From positions 5,549 through 69,548 of the forward strand of contig JAGTQD010000001.1 of NCBI GenBank assembly GCA_018396405.1: a stretch of 64,000 nucleotides of DNA, given 5' to 3'. Of this stretch, positions 16,137-26,511 are shown one piece after another. The notes under the pieces were generated by a model, which saw only the letters and a list, made by a program, of their open reading frames with translations, had not been told where the DNA came from and did no database searches. Position 1 is the stretch's first letter, and every line of letters begins with the position of its first letter. Made by a program: the position numbers and the translations under genes. Source of the stretch: Candidatus Bathyarchaeota archaeon (GTDB taxonomy: Archaea; Thermoproteota; Bathyarchaeia; Bathyarchaeales; DTEX01).

Positions 16137-17408
16137 ATGCACGATCCACCGAACTACTGGTATAATATTGTCCCAGATTTACCGAGACCACTACCCCCTC
16201 CGAGGGATCCGGAAGACGATTATATCTTCTCCAGAATCGAGATCCTGCCAAAGCTTTTTCCCTCAGAATTGCTAGACCAAGAATTTACCGCGGAAAGATA
16301 CGTCCAGATACCCGCCGAGGTCTTAGATTCTTATAGGAGGATAGGGCGGCCAACACCCTTGGCGAGGGCTGTGAGACTTGAAAGGTTCCTTGATACGCCA
16401 GCGAAAATTTACTTTAAGCGTGAGGATTTGAGCCCGGCTGGGAGCCATAAAGTTAACACTGCACTAGCCCAAGCATATTACGCAAAAAAGGAGAATATTC
16501 AAATGCTTACAACGGAGACCAGTGCCGGGCAATGGGGTTCAGCCCTAGCTTACGCGTGTGCCATGTTTAATATAAAATGCCTAGTTTTTATGACGAGGAG
16601 CAGCTATCTACAGAAGCCTTATAGGAAGACTCTAATGAAACTTTATGGCGCCGAAGTCCTTCCAAGCCCAAGTGATTGCACCGATGTCGGCAGAAATCTC
16701 CTGAAGGAGAGGCCTGAACACCCAGGCTCCCTTGGAATAGCCATCTCCGAAGCTGTTGAAACATGTATGAAGAATGAGGGTGTGAAATATGCTATTGGAA
16801 GCGTAATGAATTTTGTTTTACTACACCAGACGGTTATAGGTTTAGAGACGATGAAACAGCTTGAGGAAATAGGAGAAAAGCCGGATATAATGGTTGGCTG
16901 CGTTGGCGGCGGAAGCAACTTTGCAGGCTTCATCTTCCCATTTGTTGGGAAAAGGCTTAGGGATGGAGAGTTTAAGGATACGAGGTTTATTGGTGTTGAA
17001 TCGAAAGCCTCCCCAAAGATGACTGAAGGAAAATATGTCTATGAGCATGGAGATACAGCCGGGTATCTTCCAATGTTAAAAATGTATACTGTTGGGAGGA
17101 ATTATGTGCCCCCGCCGATACATGCCGCTGGATTGAGATATCATGCTGTGGCTCCAACCTTATCGTTATTGATTAGGGAGGGTTTGATTGAGACGGCAGC
17201 CTACACGCAGGAGGAAGTCTTAGATGCAGCGAGAACTTTTGCGAGGGTTGAGGGGATAATCCCCGCCCCCGAAACATCCCACGCAATCAAACAGGTCATA
17301 ATCGAAGCACAACAATGTAGGAGAAGAAATCTTCAGAAGACTATAGTCTTCTGCTTCAGCGGGCATGGGCTTTTAGACCTATCTATATTTGAAGAACATA
17401 CTGAATAG
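16137..17408 (+). CDS. trpB2: TrpB2-type tryptophan synthase beta chain
   Basis: The N-terminal extension YWYNIVPDLPRPLPPP is typical of TrpB2. Also has LSPAGSHKVN (PLP Lys) and GGGSNFAG. Confidence 0.9.
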   Translation: MHDPPNYWYNIVPDLPRPLPPPRDPEDDYIFSRIEILPKLFPSELLDQEFTAERYVQIPAEVLDSYRRIGRPTPLARAVRLERFLDTPAKIYFKREDLSPAGSHKVNTALAQAYYAKKENIQMLTTETSAGQWGSALAYACAMFNIKCLVFMTRSSYLQKPYRKTLMKLYGAEVLPSPSDCTDVGRNLLKERPEHPGSLGIAISEAVETCMKNEGVKYAIGSVMNFVLLHQTVIGLETMKQLEEIGEKPDIMVGCVGGGSNFAGFIFPFVGKRLRDGEFKDTRFIGVESKASPKMTEGKYVYEHGDTAGYLPMLKMYTVGRNYVPPPIHAAGLRYHAVAPTLSLLIREGLIETAAYTQEEVLDAARTFARVEGIIPAPETSHAIKQVIIEAQQCRRRNLQKTIVFCFSGHGLLDLSIFEEHTE

Positions 17409-17556
17409 TGATGTAATAACTGCAATGAGGATGCGGATCTTACAGTAACTTAACCCTAAATATAATCATCTATAGGCAACTTCTGCCATTTAAAAATATT
17501 TTTTATTCAGGTATAGAAAAGTAAATATCATTGGGACTGAACATTTTAGCCTAGAG

Positions 17557-18876
17557 TTGTATTTTAATGGGGGAAAAGGTGTGCCGACACAAATGAAGGC
17601 TGCATTAGAGGGATACGAGACTGAGGAGATGCGCTTAGTCGCTGAGGAGGAGGGAGAGTCGCCGCAGAGTATACGTATGCGTGTTGCTGAGGGCTCGGTT
17701 ATAATAACTCGGAATATTGTGAGGGAGAATGTTCACCCCATCGGTATTGGTAAAGGGTTGAGGATAAAGGTTAATGCAAACATTGGCACGAGCCCAGACC
17801 TGTGTGACATAAACCTCGAGATGGAGAAGGCTTCTGTAGCGGTTAAATATGGTGCCGATACAATAATGGATCTAAGCACTGGGGGAAACTTAGACGAGAT
17901 TCGAAGGGCAATTTTAAAAACCGTCAAAGTTCCTGTCGGAACTGTTCCGATCTATCAGGCCGCGATAGAGGCTGCTAGAAATAAGGGGTCAATCGTTTAC
18001 ATGAGTGAGGACGATATCTTTAACGTTATAGAGAGACATGCTAAAGACGGAGTAGACTTCATGACAGTCCACTGCGGGGTCACAAAAGATATAGTTGAGA
18101 AACTGGCTAAACAGCCCCGCTTAATGGGAATAGTCAGTAGGGGTGGAGTATTCTTAGCGGCTTGGATGCTCCATAATAGCGAGGAAAACCCGCTATACAA
18201 GAACTATGATTACCTTTTGGAGATAGCCGCAAAATATGATTTCGCCCTAAGCCTTGGCGATGGGCTGAGACCAGGATGTATATTTGACTCAACAGATTAC
18301 TTCCAGATTCAAGAGCTATTAACTATTGGAAGGCTCGTTGAGAGAGCGAGACAAGCTGGTGTGCAGGCGATGGTTGAGGGGCCGGGGCACCTACCATTAA
18401 ATCATGTTGAGGCGAACGTTAAGTTAGCCAAGGCTATCTGCAAGGAAGCACCGTTCTATGTGCTCGGCCCAGTTGTAACTGAGATAGCCCCAGGATACGA
18501 TCATATTGTAGCGGCTATTGGGGGAGCCCTAGCCGGCTTAGCTGGCGCAGACTTTCTATGCTATGTCACACCATCTGAGCACCTTGGTCTTCCCACAGTG
18601 GAGGATGTTAGGGATGGCGTTATAGCAGCCAGAATAGCTGCCCATGCAGCCGACATAGTTAGGCTTGGCCCTAAGGCAGCGGCAAAGGATCTTGAAATGG
18701 CTAAAGCTAGAGCTAGTCTCAATTGGAAGAAGCAGATAGAGAACGCTATAGATCCTAAGAGGGCGATGGAGATACGTGGGAGAGTGAAGCTAACAAGTCC
18801 GGAGACGTGCTCAATGTGCTCAGAATACTGCGCAATAAAGTTGTTGAAGGATGCTCTGAGGACTTCATGCTTTTAA
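17557..18876 (+). CDS. thiC: phosphomethylpyrimidine synthase ThiC
   Basis: Contains [15 protein letters not shown] and a C-terminal CSMCSEYC cluster motif. The true start is probably the GTG at 17581 or the ATG at 17593. Confidence 0.95.
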   Translation: MYFNGGKGVPTQMKAALEGYETEEMRLVAEEEGESPQSIRMRVAEGSVIITRNIVRENVHPIGIGKGLRIKVNANIGTSPDLCDINLEMEKASVAVKYGADTIMDLSTGGNLDEIRRAILKTVKVPVGTVPIYQAAIEAARNKGSIVYMSEDDIFNVIERHAKDGVDFMTVHCGVTKDIVEKLAKQPRLMGIVSRGGVFLAAWMLHNSEENPLYKNYDYLLEIAAKYDFALSLGDGLRPGCIFDSTDYFQIQELLTIGRLVERARQAGVQAMVEGPGHLPLNHVEANVKLAKAICKEAPFYVLGPVVTEIAPGYDHIVAAIGGALAGLAGADFLCYVTPSEHLGLPTVEDVRDGVIAARIAAHAADIVRLGPKAAAKDLEMAKARASLNWKKQIENAIDPKRAMEIRGRVKLTSPETCSMCSEYCAIKLLKDALRTSCF

Positions 18877-18898
18877 TCTGGCTCCTGGAGAGAGATCT

Positions 18899-20266
18899 AT
18901 GCTTAAAACTCGCGGTGATAGAGCTCCAGTCGCTATCACGATTGCTGGAAGCGACTCTGGCGGCGGGGCGGGGATACAGGCTGACTTAAAGACTTTTGCA
19001 GCCCTCGGAGTTCACGGCGCAACCGCGATAACATGCGTTACAGCCCAGAACACTTATTCAGTGACAGCTATAGAGTGCCTTAAGCCCGAGATTGTTAGAG
19101 AACAGATTAGACAGGTAGCTGAGGATATGGGGATAGATGCGGGGAAAACTGGGATGCTTTATACGGCGGAGATAATCAGAGCTGTTGCTGAAGAGACCTC
19201 AAAATATAGTTTCCCACTAGTTGTCGACCCAGTCATGGTCGCCAAGTCGGGTGCGCCGCTTCTGAAACCTGAGGCTGAGGAGGCACTAGAGAAGAATCTT
19301 CTTCCAGTGGCCAAAGTGGTTACACCAAACAAATTTGAGGCTGAGAGACTTGCCAAGATGGAGATAAGAGATATTGAGGATGCTAAGAGGGCGGCCGAGA
19401 GAATACATGCCCTCGGCCCGGAGGCTGTCGTTGTTAAGGGCGGGCACCTTGAGTCTGCTGAAGAGTCCGTTGACATACTATATTATAGGGACGAATACAA
19501 GATCTTCAGTGCTCCGAGAATATATACAAAAAACACTCATGGCACTGGCTGCAGCTTCTCAGCAGCAATAGCAGCCCACCTTGCTAAGGGTGAAGATATA
19601 GTATCCGCGGTTAAGCTTGCAAAGGAGTTTATTACAGAGGCAATAAAGTTTGGCTTAAATATTGGTAGGGGGGCTGGCCCAGTCAACCCGATGGCTCACC
19701 TCTATAGAGAGGCTGAAAGATACCGTGTTCTAAGAAATGTTATGAAGGCAAAGAAGATACTTGAGTCCGCGCCCAATATTGCTAGGCTCGTGCCAGAGGT
19801 TGGCATGAACATTGCTATGGCCCTCCCATATGCTGATAGCGCTGACGATATAGCCGCTATACCCGGAAGGCTAGTAAGAGTCTTTGACGGAGTTAAGGCT
19901 GTTTCAGAGCCAGAGTTCGGCGCATCAAGCCATTTGGCTAGATACCTAATTGAGATCATGAAATACGATGTCAGAAAGAGGGCAGCAATAAACTTAAGGT
20001 ACTCGGAGGATGTTCTCAGAGTCCTTAGGGAAAAGGGATTAAGGATATCGTTTTATAATAGGGCTGAGGAGCCGGAGGAGATAAAGCGTATCGAAGGCAT
20101 GACGATTCCGTGGGGTGTTAGGCAGGCGATAGGCAGGGTTGGGGGGGCACCAGACGTAATCTACCATATGGGCGACGTTGGCAAGGAGCCAATGATAGTC
20201 GTATTCGGCGAAGACGCGATTTCACTCGCCAAGCTCGCCGCCACGATAGCCAATAAAATCGGCTAA
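18899..20266 (+). CDS. thiDN: bifunctional HMP/HMP-P kinase ThiD fused to thiamine-phosphate synthase ThiN
   Basis: The N-terminal half is ThiD-like ([26 protein letters not shown]). The C-terminal ~190 aa is a ThiN-like domain, as in other archaea. Confidence 0.85.
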   Translation: MLKTRGDRAPVAITIAGSDSGGGAGIQADLKTFAALGVHGATAITCVTAQNTYSVTAIECLKPEIVREQIRQVAEDMGIDAGKTGMLYTAEIIRAVAEETSKYSFPLVVDPVMVAKSGAPLLKPEAEEALEKNLLPVAKVVTPNKFEAERLAKMEIRDIEDAKRAAERIHALGPEAVVVKGGHLESAEESVDILYYRDEYKIFSAPRIYTKNTHGTGCSFSAAIAAHLAKGEDIVSAVKLAKEFITEAIKFGLNIGRGAGPVNPMAHLYREAERYRVLRNVMKAKKILESAPNIARLVPEVGMNIAMALPYADSADDIAAIPGRLVRVFDGVKAVSEPEFGASSHLARYLIEIMKYDVRKRAAINLRYSEDVLRVLREKGLRISFYNRAEEPEEIKRIEGMTIPWGVRQAIGRVGGAPDVIYHMGDVGKEPMIVVFGEDAISLAKLAATIANKIG

Positions 20267-20461
20267 TGAGCTCATCCATCATATGGCAGAAAAAGATAAT
20301 CCCCGCTATAACCGAATCATTATTACTAGCATCTTAAACATCTTTGGAGCCCTTACCGAGTGGAGTTTATTTATCGCTCAAGATACCAAAGATTTATGGA
20401 GCTGCATGTAATTCTATCAAAATTCAATTAGGATATTAGTGGCTTCAAAAGCAACTCGATG

Positions 20462-21850
20462 CTAAAGCACAATTAATATTGCTACATCATTGACGTTTGT
20501 GCCAGTTGGGCCAGTGAAGATGAGGTCTCCCAGCTGCTTGAAGAAGTTGTAGGAGTCGTTATTGAGGAGATATTCCTCTGGGTTGAGCCCTATGTTTCTG
20601 GAGCGCTGGACTGTCGCTCCATCCACAATTGCACCTGCCGCATCAGTTGGCCCGTCGACTCCATCGGTGCTAAAAGATGCTATTGCCACGCCCCTCATGC
20701 CAGATATATATAGCGCTGATGCTAACGCTATCTCCTGGTTCCTCCCGCCCTTCCCTTTACCCGTCACCGTAACTGTTGTCTCTCCGCCAACAACTATTCC
20801 AGCTGGGCGTCTAGCAGGGTTCCCCGAGACTATAATTTCTTTAGCTATCGTGCCAAGGAAGGATCCTATAACCCGCGCCTCGCCCTCCATGAAAGTCGTC
20901 AGTAGGAGGGTGTTTAACCCCTCCCTTCTAAGCTCATCTACGACAGCCATGCAGGCAGACCTATTATTCCCAATCACAAAATTATGCACTTTCTTAAAGC
21001 ATGGATCCCCAGCCTTCGGGGTCTCCTCGACCGATCCCTTGTCCCCATTAGTGAGGAGATTTCTGACAGCCTCGGGAATAGCATCCCATACATTATATTT
21101 TTTTAGGACATTTATTGCATCCCTAAATGTCGTTGGATCTGGAACAGTTGGCCCAGAGGCTATAACATCTATCGGATCACCTATTACATCTGATAACAGT
21201 AGGCTTATCACTGTTGCTGGATATGCTGCCCTAGCCAGGTGACCGCCCTTAAATCTCGATAGATGCTTTCTAACAGCATTTATCTCGTTTATCTTAGCGC
21301 CGCACCTAAGAAGAATCTCTGTAACCATCCTCTTGTCCTCAAGAGTTATTCCCTCATGTGGGCAAGCCATTAGACTTGAGCCGCCGCCCGAGATCAGACA
21401 TAAGATTAAATCTGACTCACAAGATCCCCTCACTAACTCAAGGATTTTTCGCGCGCCCTCAACACTGCTCTCATCCGGAATTGGGTGGCTAGCCTCGTGA
21501 ACCTTAATTATATTCAGGTTTAATTTTCCGGAGGTCCCGCGTGGAACAACTATTATTCCGTCGCTTATCCTGTCGCCAAGAATCTCCTCTATGGTTTCAG
21601 CCATATATCCACTGGCCTTCCCCCCACCGACGACAAAGATTCTCTTAAAAGATTTAAGGTCAAAGGCCTCCCCATTGACTATAAGCTTCCCGTTAATTAT
21701 CTTGACCTTTGAACGGACGATGTTCTTCGGGTTAGCCGCCTCAATACCCTTCTCGATAGAATTCAGGATTATTTCTCTAGCCCTCCGGTCAACCTCAGAT
21801 CCAGCATTGCTCAGAATCTCTTCTCTGTTTCTGATCCTAACAGCGGCCAT
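20462..21850 (-). CDS. gck: glycerate 2-kinase (MOFRL/DUF4147 family)
   Basis: Contains VVGGGKASG, LISGGGSSL and VGGETTVTVTGKGKGGRNQE motifs. Confidence 0.8.
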   Translation of the reverse strand: MAAVRIRNREEILSNAGSEVDRRAREIILNSIEKGIEAANPKNIVRSKVKIINGKLIVNGEAFDLKSFKRIFVVGGGKASGYMAETIEEILGDRISDGIIVVPRGTSGKLNLNIIKVHEASHPIPDESSVEGARKILELVRGSCESDLILCLISGGGSSLMACPHEGITLEDKRMVTEILLRCGAKINEINAVRKHLSRFKGGHLARAAYPATVISLLLSDVIGDPIDVIASGPTVPDPTTFRDAINVLKKYNVWDAIPEAVRNLLTNGDKGSVEETPKAGDPCFKKVHNFVIGNNRSACMAVVDELRREGLNTLLLTTFMEGEARVIGSFLGTIAKEIIVSGNPARRPAGIVVGGETTVTVTGKGKGGRNQEIALASALYISGMRGVAIASFSTDGVDGPTDAAGAIVDGATVQRSRNIGLNPEEYLLNNDSYNFFKQLGDLIFTGPTGTNVNDVAILIVL

Positions 21851-21945
21851 TAAAGTCCCACCGCACGGAAAATTATTCCAAAATAAGGATTTAAGGAAAA
21901 TATAAAGATTAATTAGGTGGAGTTTCCATCTTTTATTTAGGGGAA

Positions 21946-23010
21946 TTGGAAGAGATTCTTAGATTGCCTAGTGTTCGTGAATCCATCTTTTATAGAAGGG
22001 TTTCTAATGATAAAGTCGAATGCACATTATGTGAGCGTAGATGTATAATCGCTCCTGGAGAAAGCGGCTTCTGTAAAACACGAGTAAATATTGATGGCAA
22101 GCTTTATACCCTCGCTTATGGCAACCTAAGCGCCGTAGAGAGCAGGCCAATAGAGATAAAGCCGTTCTTCCATTACTGGCCTGGTTCGACAGCCCTCACA
22201 TACTCGACATGGTCATGCAATTTCCTCTGCCCATGGTGCCAGAATTGGGCGCTTTCAAGGTCACAGCCAAACCCAAAGAAAGCAGAATATTATTCTCCGG
22301 AGAAAATCGTTAAATTGGCGTTAGAGAGTGGGGATGAGGGTCTTTGCTCAAGTTTTCAGGAGCCAACTCTATTAACGGACTGGAATATCGATGTCTTCAG
22401 GATCGGGCGTGAGAGGGGCCTATACTCATGTTACGTCTCAAACGGTTACATGACCCTTGAAGCCCTGAAAGCCTTATGGGAGTCTGGCATGGATGGATTA
22501 AAAATTGATATTAAGGGAGACAATGAAGTCTATGAGAAATTCTGTGGTGGAATAGACGTCGAAAAAGTTTGGAGAAACGCTAGAGAGGCTAAAAGGATGG
22601 GCTTTCACGTAGAGCTAGTAAACCTGGTGATAACAGATGTGAATGACGATGAAGAGTGTCTAAGAAGCATAATTGAGAGGGCTCTCAAGGAGGTCGGTCC
22701 TGAGACGCCGATCCACTTCACTAGATACTATCCAGCCTACAAATTTGATAAGCCTGCAACCAGTATAAGGACGCTCGAGGAAGCCTGTAAAATGGCTAGG
22801 AGTATAGGTATGCTTTATGTCTATATGGGCAATGTTCCAGGGCATAGATATGAGCATACATATTGCCCGAACTGTAATGAGGTTTTAATAAAGAGGTATG
22901 GGTTCAGCATCACACGCTATAATATTACCGAGGACAAAAGGTGCCCAAAATGTGGATTCAGTATAAATATACGCGGCCACTATATAAAGAAGAGGAGCCT
23001 AATTATTTAA
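21946..23010 (+). CDS. amrS: AmmeMemoRadiSam system radical SAM enzyme
   Basis: Contains CTLCERRC..GFCKTR and SCNFLCPWCQN (CxxxCxxC), plus a C-terminal Cys pair CPNC..CPKC. Confidence 0.8.
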   Translation: MEEILRLPSVRESIFYRRVSNDKVECTLCERRCIIAPGESGFCKTRVNIDGKLYTLAYGNLSAVESRPIEIKPFFHYWPGSTALTYSTWSCNFLCPWCQNWALSRSQPNPKKAEYYSPEKIVKLALESGDEGLCSSFQEPTLLTDWNIDVFRIGRERGLYSCYVSNGYMTLEALKALWESGMDGLKIDIKGDNEVYEKFCGGIDVEKVWRNAREAKRMGFHVELVNLVITDVNDDEECLRSIIERALKEVGPETPIHFTRYYPAYKFDKPATSIRTLEEACKMARSIGMLYVYMGNVPGHRYEHTYCPNCNEVLIKRYGFSITRYNITEDKRCPKCGFSINIRGHYIKKRSLII

Positions 23011-24139
23011 CTGGCATTAAACATTCCTCGTCATAATCTATAATCACCCTCATGAAGCCCCTCAACATCCTATCGATCTCTTGGTCACCAGTATCAACCC
23101 TTAGGCAACTTAAGCCGCTAACCTTATGCTTGGTTGCAATAACAATAATATTTTCTAGGCCAACTTTTCTAATAACTTCTGGGCTTATCTGCTGATTACC
23201 CCTGCCGAATATGAAACCTTGTCCACCTATTGGCGTGACAACTATCTTAGCCTTTTTAGAGCGAATCGCCTCAAGTATCTCAGCTTCATTAACATCATAT
23301 TTAATTATCTTTCCATTAAGAAGTAGATCAACGCCTAAAAGAGTCTTCTCCTCATCCAGAAGAGCTGCTATAGCCCTCGTAGTGGTTCCTGGGCCGAGGA
23401 TGTATATGGTATCTGGCTCCATAACCTTCTCAATAAAGTAGAGAGCAACCGCTGCCTGATTGTGCAGCTCATCCTCCGTGAATAAGCTGGCCTCCTTAGC
23501 GCCTTGGATTAAATCTGGCTCGTAGGGGATGAGCATATAACCATAAAGTTTCGCTGAGAGGCTGTTCTCCCTAAAGGCTTCTTCATCAACATCCATCACC
23601 TCAGCCTCTCTAAGCGGTAGCCCCTCAAATAGGAAGCGGGAGATAACCCTAGCCGCGCTCTCTGGGGTTGTGGCAAAGACGGCACTGTACATTTTAACGC
23701 CGCTTGGAACCCCAAGAACTGGTAAGCGTAGTCCTATGACATCAAATATATCCTTTGCAGTTCCGTCACCTCCACAGAAGACAAGTAAACTGACGTTGCT
23801 TTCAAGCATCTTTACCGCTATTTCTTTTGTGTCATCGGCTGTGGTTCTCTCTTTTCTCTGACCTATCACGGTATGCTCGAAACCAACCCTCATAGCTTCA
23901 AATTCACCCATCCACCCGGCGCCAACTAGCAAATTGATCTCTTCATTAATAAGGTTCTTTAGGTGTAAGAGGAATATCTCTGCCCTCCGGGGCGCAACTG
24001 GTTTTGCCCCCAGACTTAATGCTTTCTCCAGTATCTCTTCTCCATCAGTTCCCTTAAGGCTAACCGACCCACCCATCCCAGCTATTGGATTAACAATCAG
24101 TCCAATACTTTTACCTCTCATGCTCAAGCTAAGACCCAC
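23003..24139 (-). CDS. ATP-NAD kinase family protein (COG3199-like)
   Basis: Contains GLIVNPIAGMGGSVSLKGTDG and FCGGDGT motifs. Confidence 0.6.
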   Translation of the reverse strand: MGLSLSMRGKSIGLIVNPIAGMGGSVSLKGTDGEEILEKALSLGAKPVAPRRAEIFLLHLKNLINEEINLLVGAGWMGEFEAMRVGFEHTVIGQRKERTTADDTKEIAVKMLESNVSLLVFCGGDGTAKDIFDVIGLRLPVLGVPSGVKMYSAVFATTPESAARVISRFLFEGLPLREAEVMDVDEEAFRENSLSAKLYGYMLIPYEPDLIQGAKEASLFTEDELHNQAAVALYFIEKVMEPDTIYILGPGTTTRAIAALLDEEKTLLGVDLLLNGKIIKYDVNEAEILEAIRSKKAKIVVTPIGGQGFIFGRGNQQISPEVIRKVGLENIIVIATKHKVSGLSCLRVDTGDQEIDRMLRGFMRVIIDYDEECLMPVK

Positions 24140-24384
24140 CCGAATGATTTAAGTGTGTATTCTAGGAGTAAAATTGTTTTCTTGCAAAATATGAAGAATT
24201 TAATAGCGCAACAGTCCTAGCGGTATCTTAATTTTAATGGTCCCATTTAGAGGGAAGATGGTATAAAGATGTTATTAGGGTCTGTAGGATTATAAAGAAA
24301 ACACTTTATTAAGTTTCATCTTAAAATCCGTTTTTCATGCCTCATCCCATACTCCATCTTCTGTTTGTTATCATTTAACGCTCT

Positions 24385-25284
24385 TCAGAGATAGTAGCCT
24401 AATAATAGGGAAATAGATACGGTAACAGCTATAACTATAACTGTTTGGAAGAGAATTATCTTCCAAGGTAATCTTGTCTTGCGGGAGCGGTAATATACTA
24501 GAAAAACGCCGATCATCAGTCCTATTACAAGTAGAGAAATAGCTAAGTCTATTGGGAATGGTAGGGATAAGAATATTATTAATGGTATTGTGCCAGACAT
24601 AAATGTTGTTACTCCACAAATTAACGATGCCACAATACTAAATCTACTTCTCTTAGCACGCAGTAGATTGAAGATCCCCTTAGTTAGCAGTAGAGCTCTC
24701 TCCCTCTCATTAACATCAGTTATATTACTTAGACTATAGGTTACTATGTTCTGCAGCGTTGCCAAGTCGGCTAGATCCTCCGTTACTCCACCCAGAAGGA
24801 AACTTGAAAAGTTTGTTAATGAGACAACAGCTAGACTCAATAGAGAGGCGATAAATGTTATTTTAGAAGTTAAGCCAGCTACAAGCGATGAGATTATTAC
24901 AAGGAGGCTTGTGATAGACCCATCGGCTATGCCGACAACCACCTCTAGTATTGGCTCATCCTTATAGAGAAGTCTCTTCCACTCAGAACTTATTTTAGCA
25001 CCTTTACTCGTCAATCCGATAGAGCCACCATAATCAATTATTAAGCCTTCCTCAACCATTCTCTTAAGGTTCTCGGTGAAGGTCCTCTCATCTACGCAGA
25101 AATTTCCGCCACAAATGCTCTCTATTCTATGCCTTAATCTATTTTTTGAAACTGCCCTTTTGCCTAGTTCTATAAGGATTAATGTTCTCAGGAGATCGTC
25201 TAGATCTTGTATCTCAAAGGACAACCTATGCTGCTCACCTTTTAACGAGAAGAAGGGCGGAAGAGTATAAACTTTATTCTTCAA
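24385..25284 (-). CDS. VIT1/CCC1-like membrane protein with an N-terminal winged-helix-like domain
   Basis: GIADGSITSLLVI..SLVAG plus 4-5 C-terminal TM segments. The N-terminal ~110 aa is soluble with a wHTH-like pattern. Confidence 0.45.
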   Translation of the reverse strand: MKNKVYTLPPFFSLKGEQHRLSFEIQDLDDLLRTLILIELGKRAVSKNRLRHRIESICGGNFCVDERTFTENLKRMVEEGLIIDYGGSIGLTSKGAKISSEWKRLLYKDEPILEVVVGIADGSITSLLVIISSLVAGLTSKITFIASLLSLAVVSLTNFSSFLLGGVTEDLADLATLQNIVTYSLSNITDVNERERALLLTKGIFNLLRAKRSRFSIVASLICGVTTFMSGTIPLIIFLSLPFPIDLAISLLVIGLMIGVFLVYYRSRKTRLPWKIILFQTVIVIAVTVSISLLLGYYL

Positions 25285-25286
25285 CT

Positions 25287-25709
25287 TTAAATCGCTTCAA
25301 GCCTCAGATTACTCACCTCATCCGCGCTAATGAAATAGTCATCAATAACATCTATCCGCCTGAAAATCCATTTACGGGGGAACTTTGCGACTAGAACAGC
25401 TATTCTATTAGGATATGAGTCAAACATGCTTAAAAAATCAAATAGCTTTTTTACTTGATCCCTTGGAAAATATGCTCTCCTATCTCTTGGGGCTTTAACC
25501 TCAAACGCCATTATACAGTCACTCTTCACCGCAAATACATCTGGCAGGGGCTCGCCGCTAGAAGCGGATACTGGGATCCTAACAGATTTAAATCCTAGAT
25601 CACGGAGCTTCTTAACCAGATCTCTTTCGGCCTGATAACCCCGCTTCTTCATCCGTCTAACTTCTTTTAACGTTAATATTCTACCATATTTACCATTACC
25701 ACCTTCCAT
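25287..25709 (-). CDS. hjc: Holliday junction resolvase Hjc
   Basis: KRGYQAERDLVKKLRDLGF..PDVFAV..AFEVKA gives the E-D-E-K catalytic pattern. The likely start is the internal MKKRGY. Confidence 0.85.
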   Translation of the reverse strand: MEGGNGKYGRILTLKEVRRMKKRGYQAERDLVKKLRDLGFKSVRIPVSASSGEPLPDVFAVKSDCIMAFEVKAPRDRRAYFPRDQVKKLFDFLSMFDSYPNRIAVLVAKFPRKWIFRRIDVIDDYFISADEVSNLRLEAI

Positions 25710-25757
25710 AGATACCCCCTAGAGACAATTTACAACACCATTACCCGCTAAAATTTA

Positions 25758-26450
25758 TTAAACATATTGTATATAGAAGTGATTCACTTCATCCAGATGA
25801 ACTATAACATTTTGGAGAAAATCGCCGATCTGTAATATTGGCACTATTGGTATCCTTTCATAAAACTTATGTTGCGAGGGATGAAGCGAGAGAACTAATG
25901 GAATGAAGTAGGCATATTTCCATTCGTCTATGCCAATCTTACTTTTGATACGCCTTGAGGCTTCGGCTAGAGCTCTAGTCCTCTCAGCTTGATTTCTGGC
26001 GGCCTCGATGCTGGCTGATCCACTCCACCTGCTGTGCCAGTGCTTACAATCTGTCGAGATAACTAGAGGTTTCCTGAGACCAATTAAATCTATTTCCCAT
26101 CTTCTCCCAAACCACTTAAAATGAAAGTTTGTGAGGACTCTAAAGCCGTTCAATCCGAAAGATTCCTTTGAGAAATGCTCAAACTCGGACCACGTTAAAA
26201 GCCCTGCAACTCTCTCAACATCAGCCCCCAATCCTATAGATTTTACAGCAATCTTTAAGCGCTGCTCTCTATTAACAAACACCTTATCACCATTTATCGT
26301 TAAGAAACCAGATTTACAAAGCCTATTCAGCGTCTCTAAAGCGGTTGCCCGCGGTATCTTGGCCTCCCTGGAGATCTCTTCGATGCTAGTGTTAGATTCG
26401 TCCGCCGTATTTTTTAAGATTGCAATTAAAATCTCCCTTTCGGCAAGCAT
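25758..26450 (-). CDS. wHTH protein with a C-terminal restriction-endonuclease-like (Mrr_cat-like) domain
   Basis: EFEHFSKESFGLNGFRV...EIDLIG...ISTDCKHW resembles a PD-(D/E)xK core. The N-terminus is wHTH-like. Confidence 0.45.
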   Translation of the reverse strand: MLAEREILIAILKNTADESNTSIEEISREAKIPRATALETLNRLCKSGFLTINGDKVFVNREQRLKIAVKSIGLGADVERVAGLLTWSEFEHFSKESFGLNGFRVLTNFHFKWFGRRWEIDLIGLRKPLVISTDCKHWHSRWSGSASIEAARNQAERTRALAEASRRIKSKIGIDEWKYAYFIPLVLSLHPSQHKFYERIPIVPILQIGDFLQNVIVHLDEVNHFYIQYV

Positions 26451-26511
26451 AAAATATTATCACTTGCTAAAAGTTTAGCTTAAGTTGTGGATACAAAAGC
26501 ATCAACAAATT

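Noticed and set aside
17409-17556. Looked for a TPP riboswitch upstream of thiC.
   Set aside because: There is no CUGAGA or pyrimidine-sensor helix-like conserved segment, and the region is AT-rich promoter-like DNA. TPP riboswitches are also not expected in this archaeal lineage.
20283-20410. Unlisted 42-aa ORF (MAEKDNPRYNRIIITSILNIFGALTEWSLFIAQDTKDLWSCM) in the thiDN/gck convergent spacer.
   Set aside because: It has one hydrophobic stretch but no supporting signals. It is too short to support from sequence alone.
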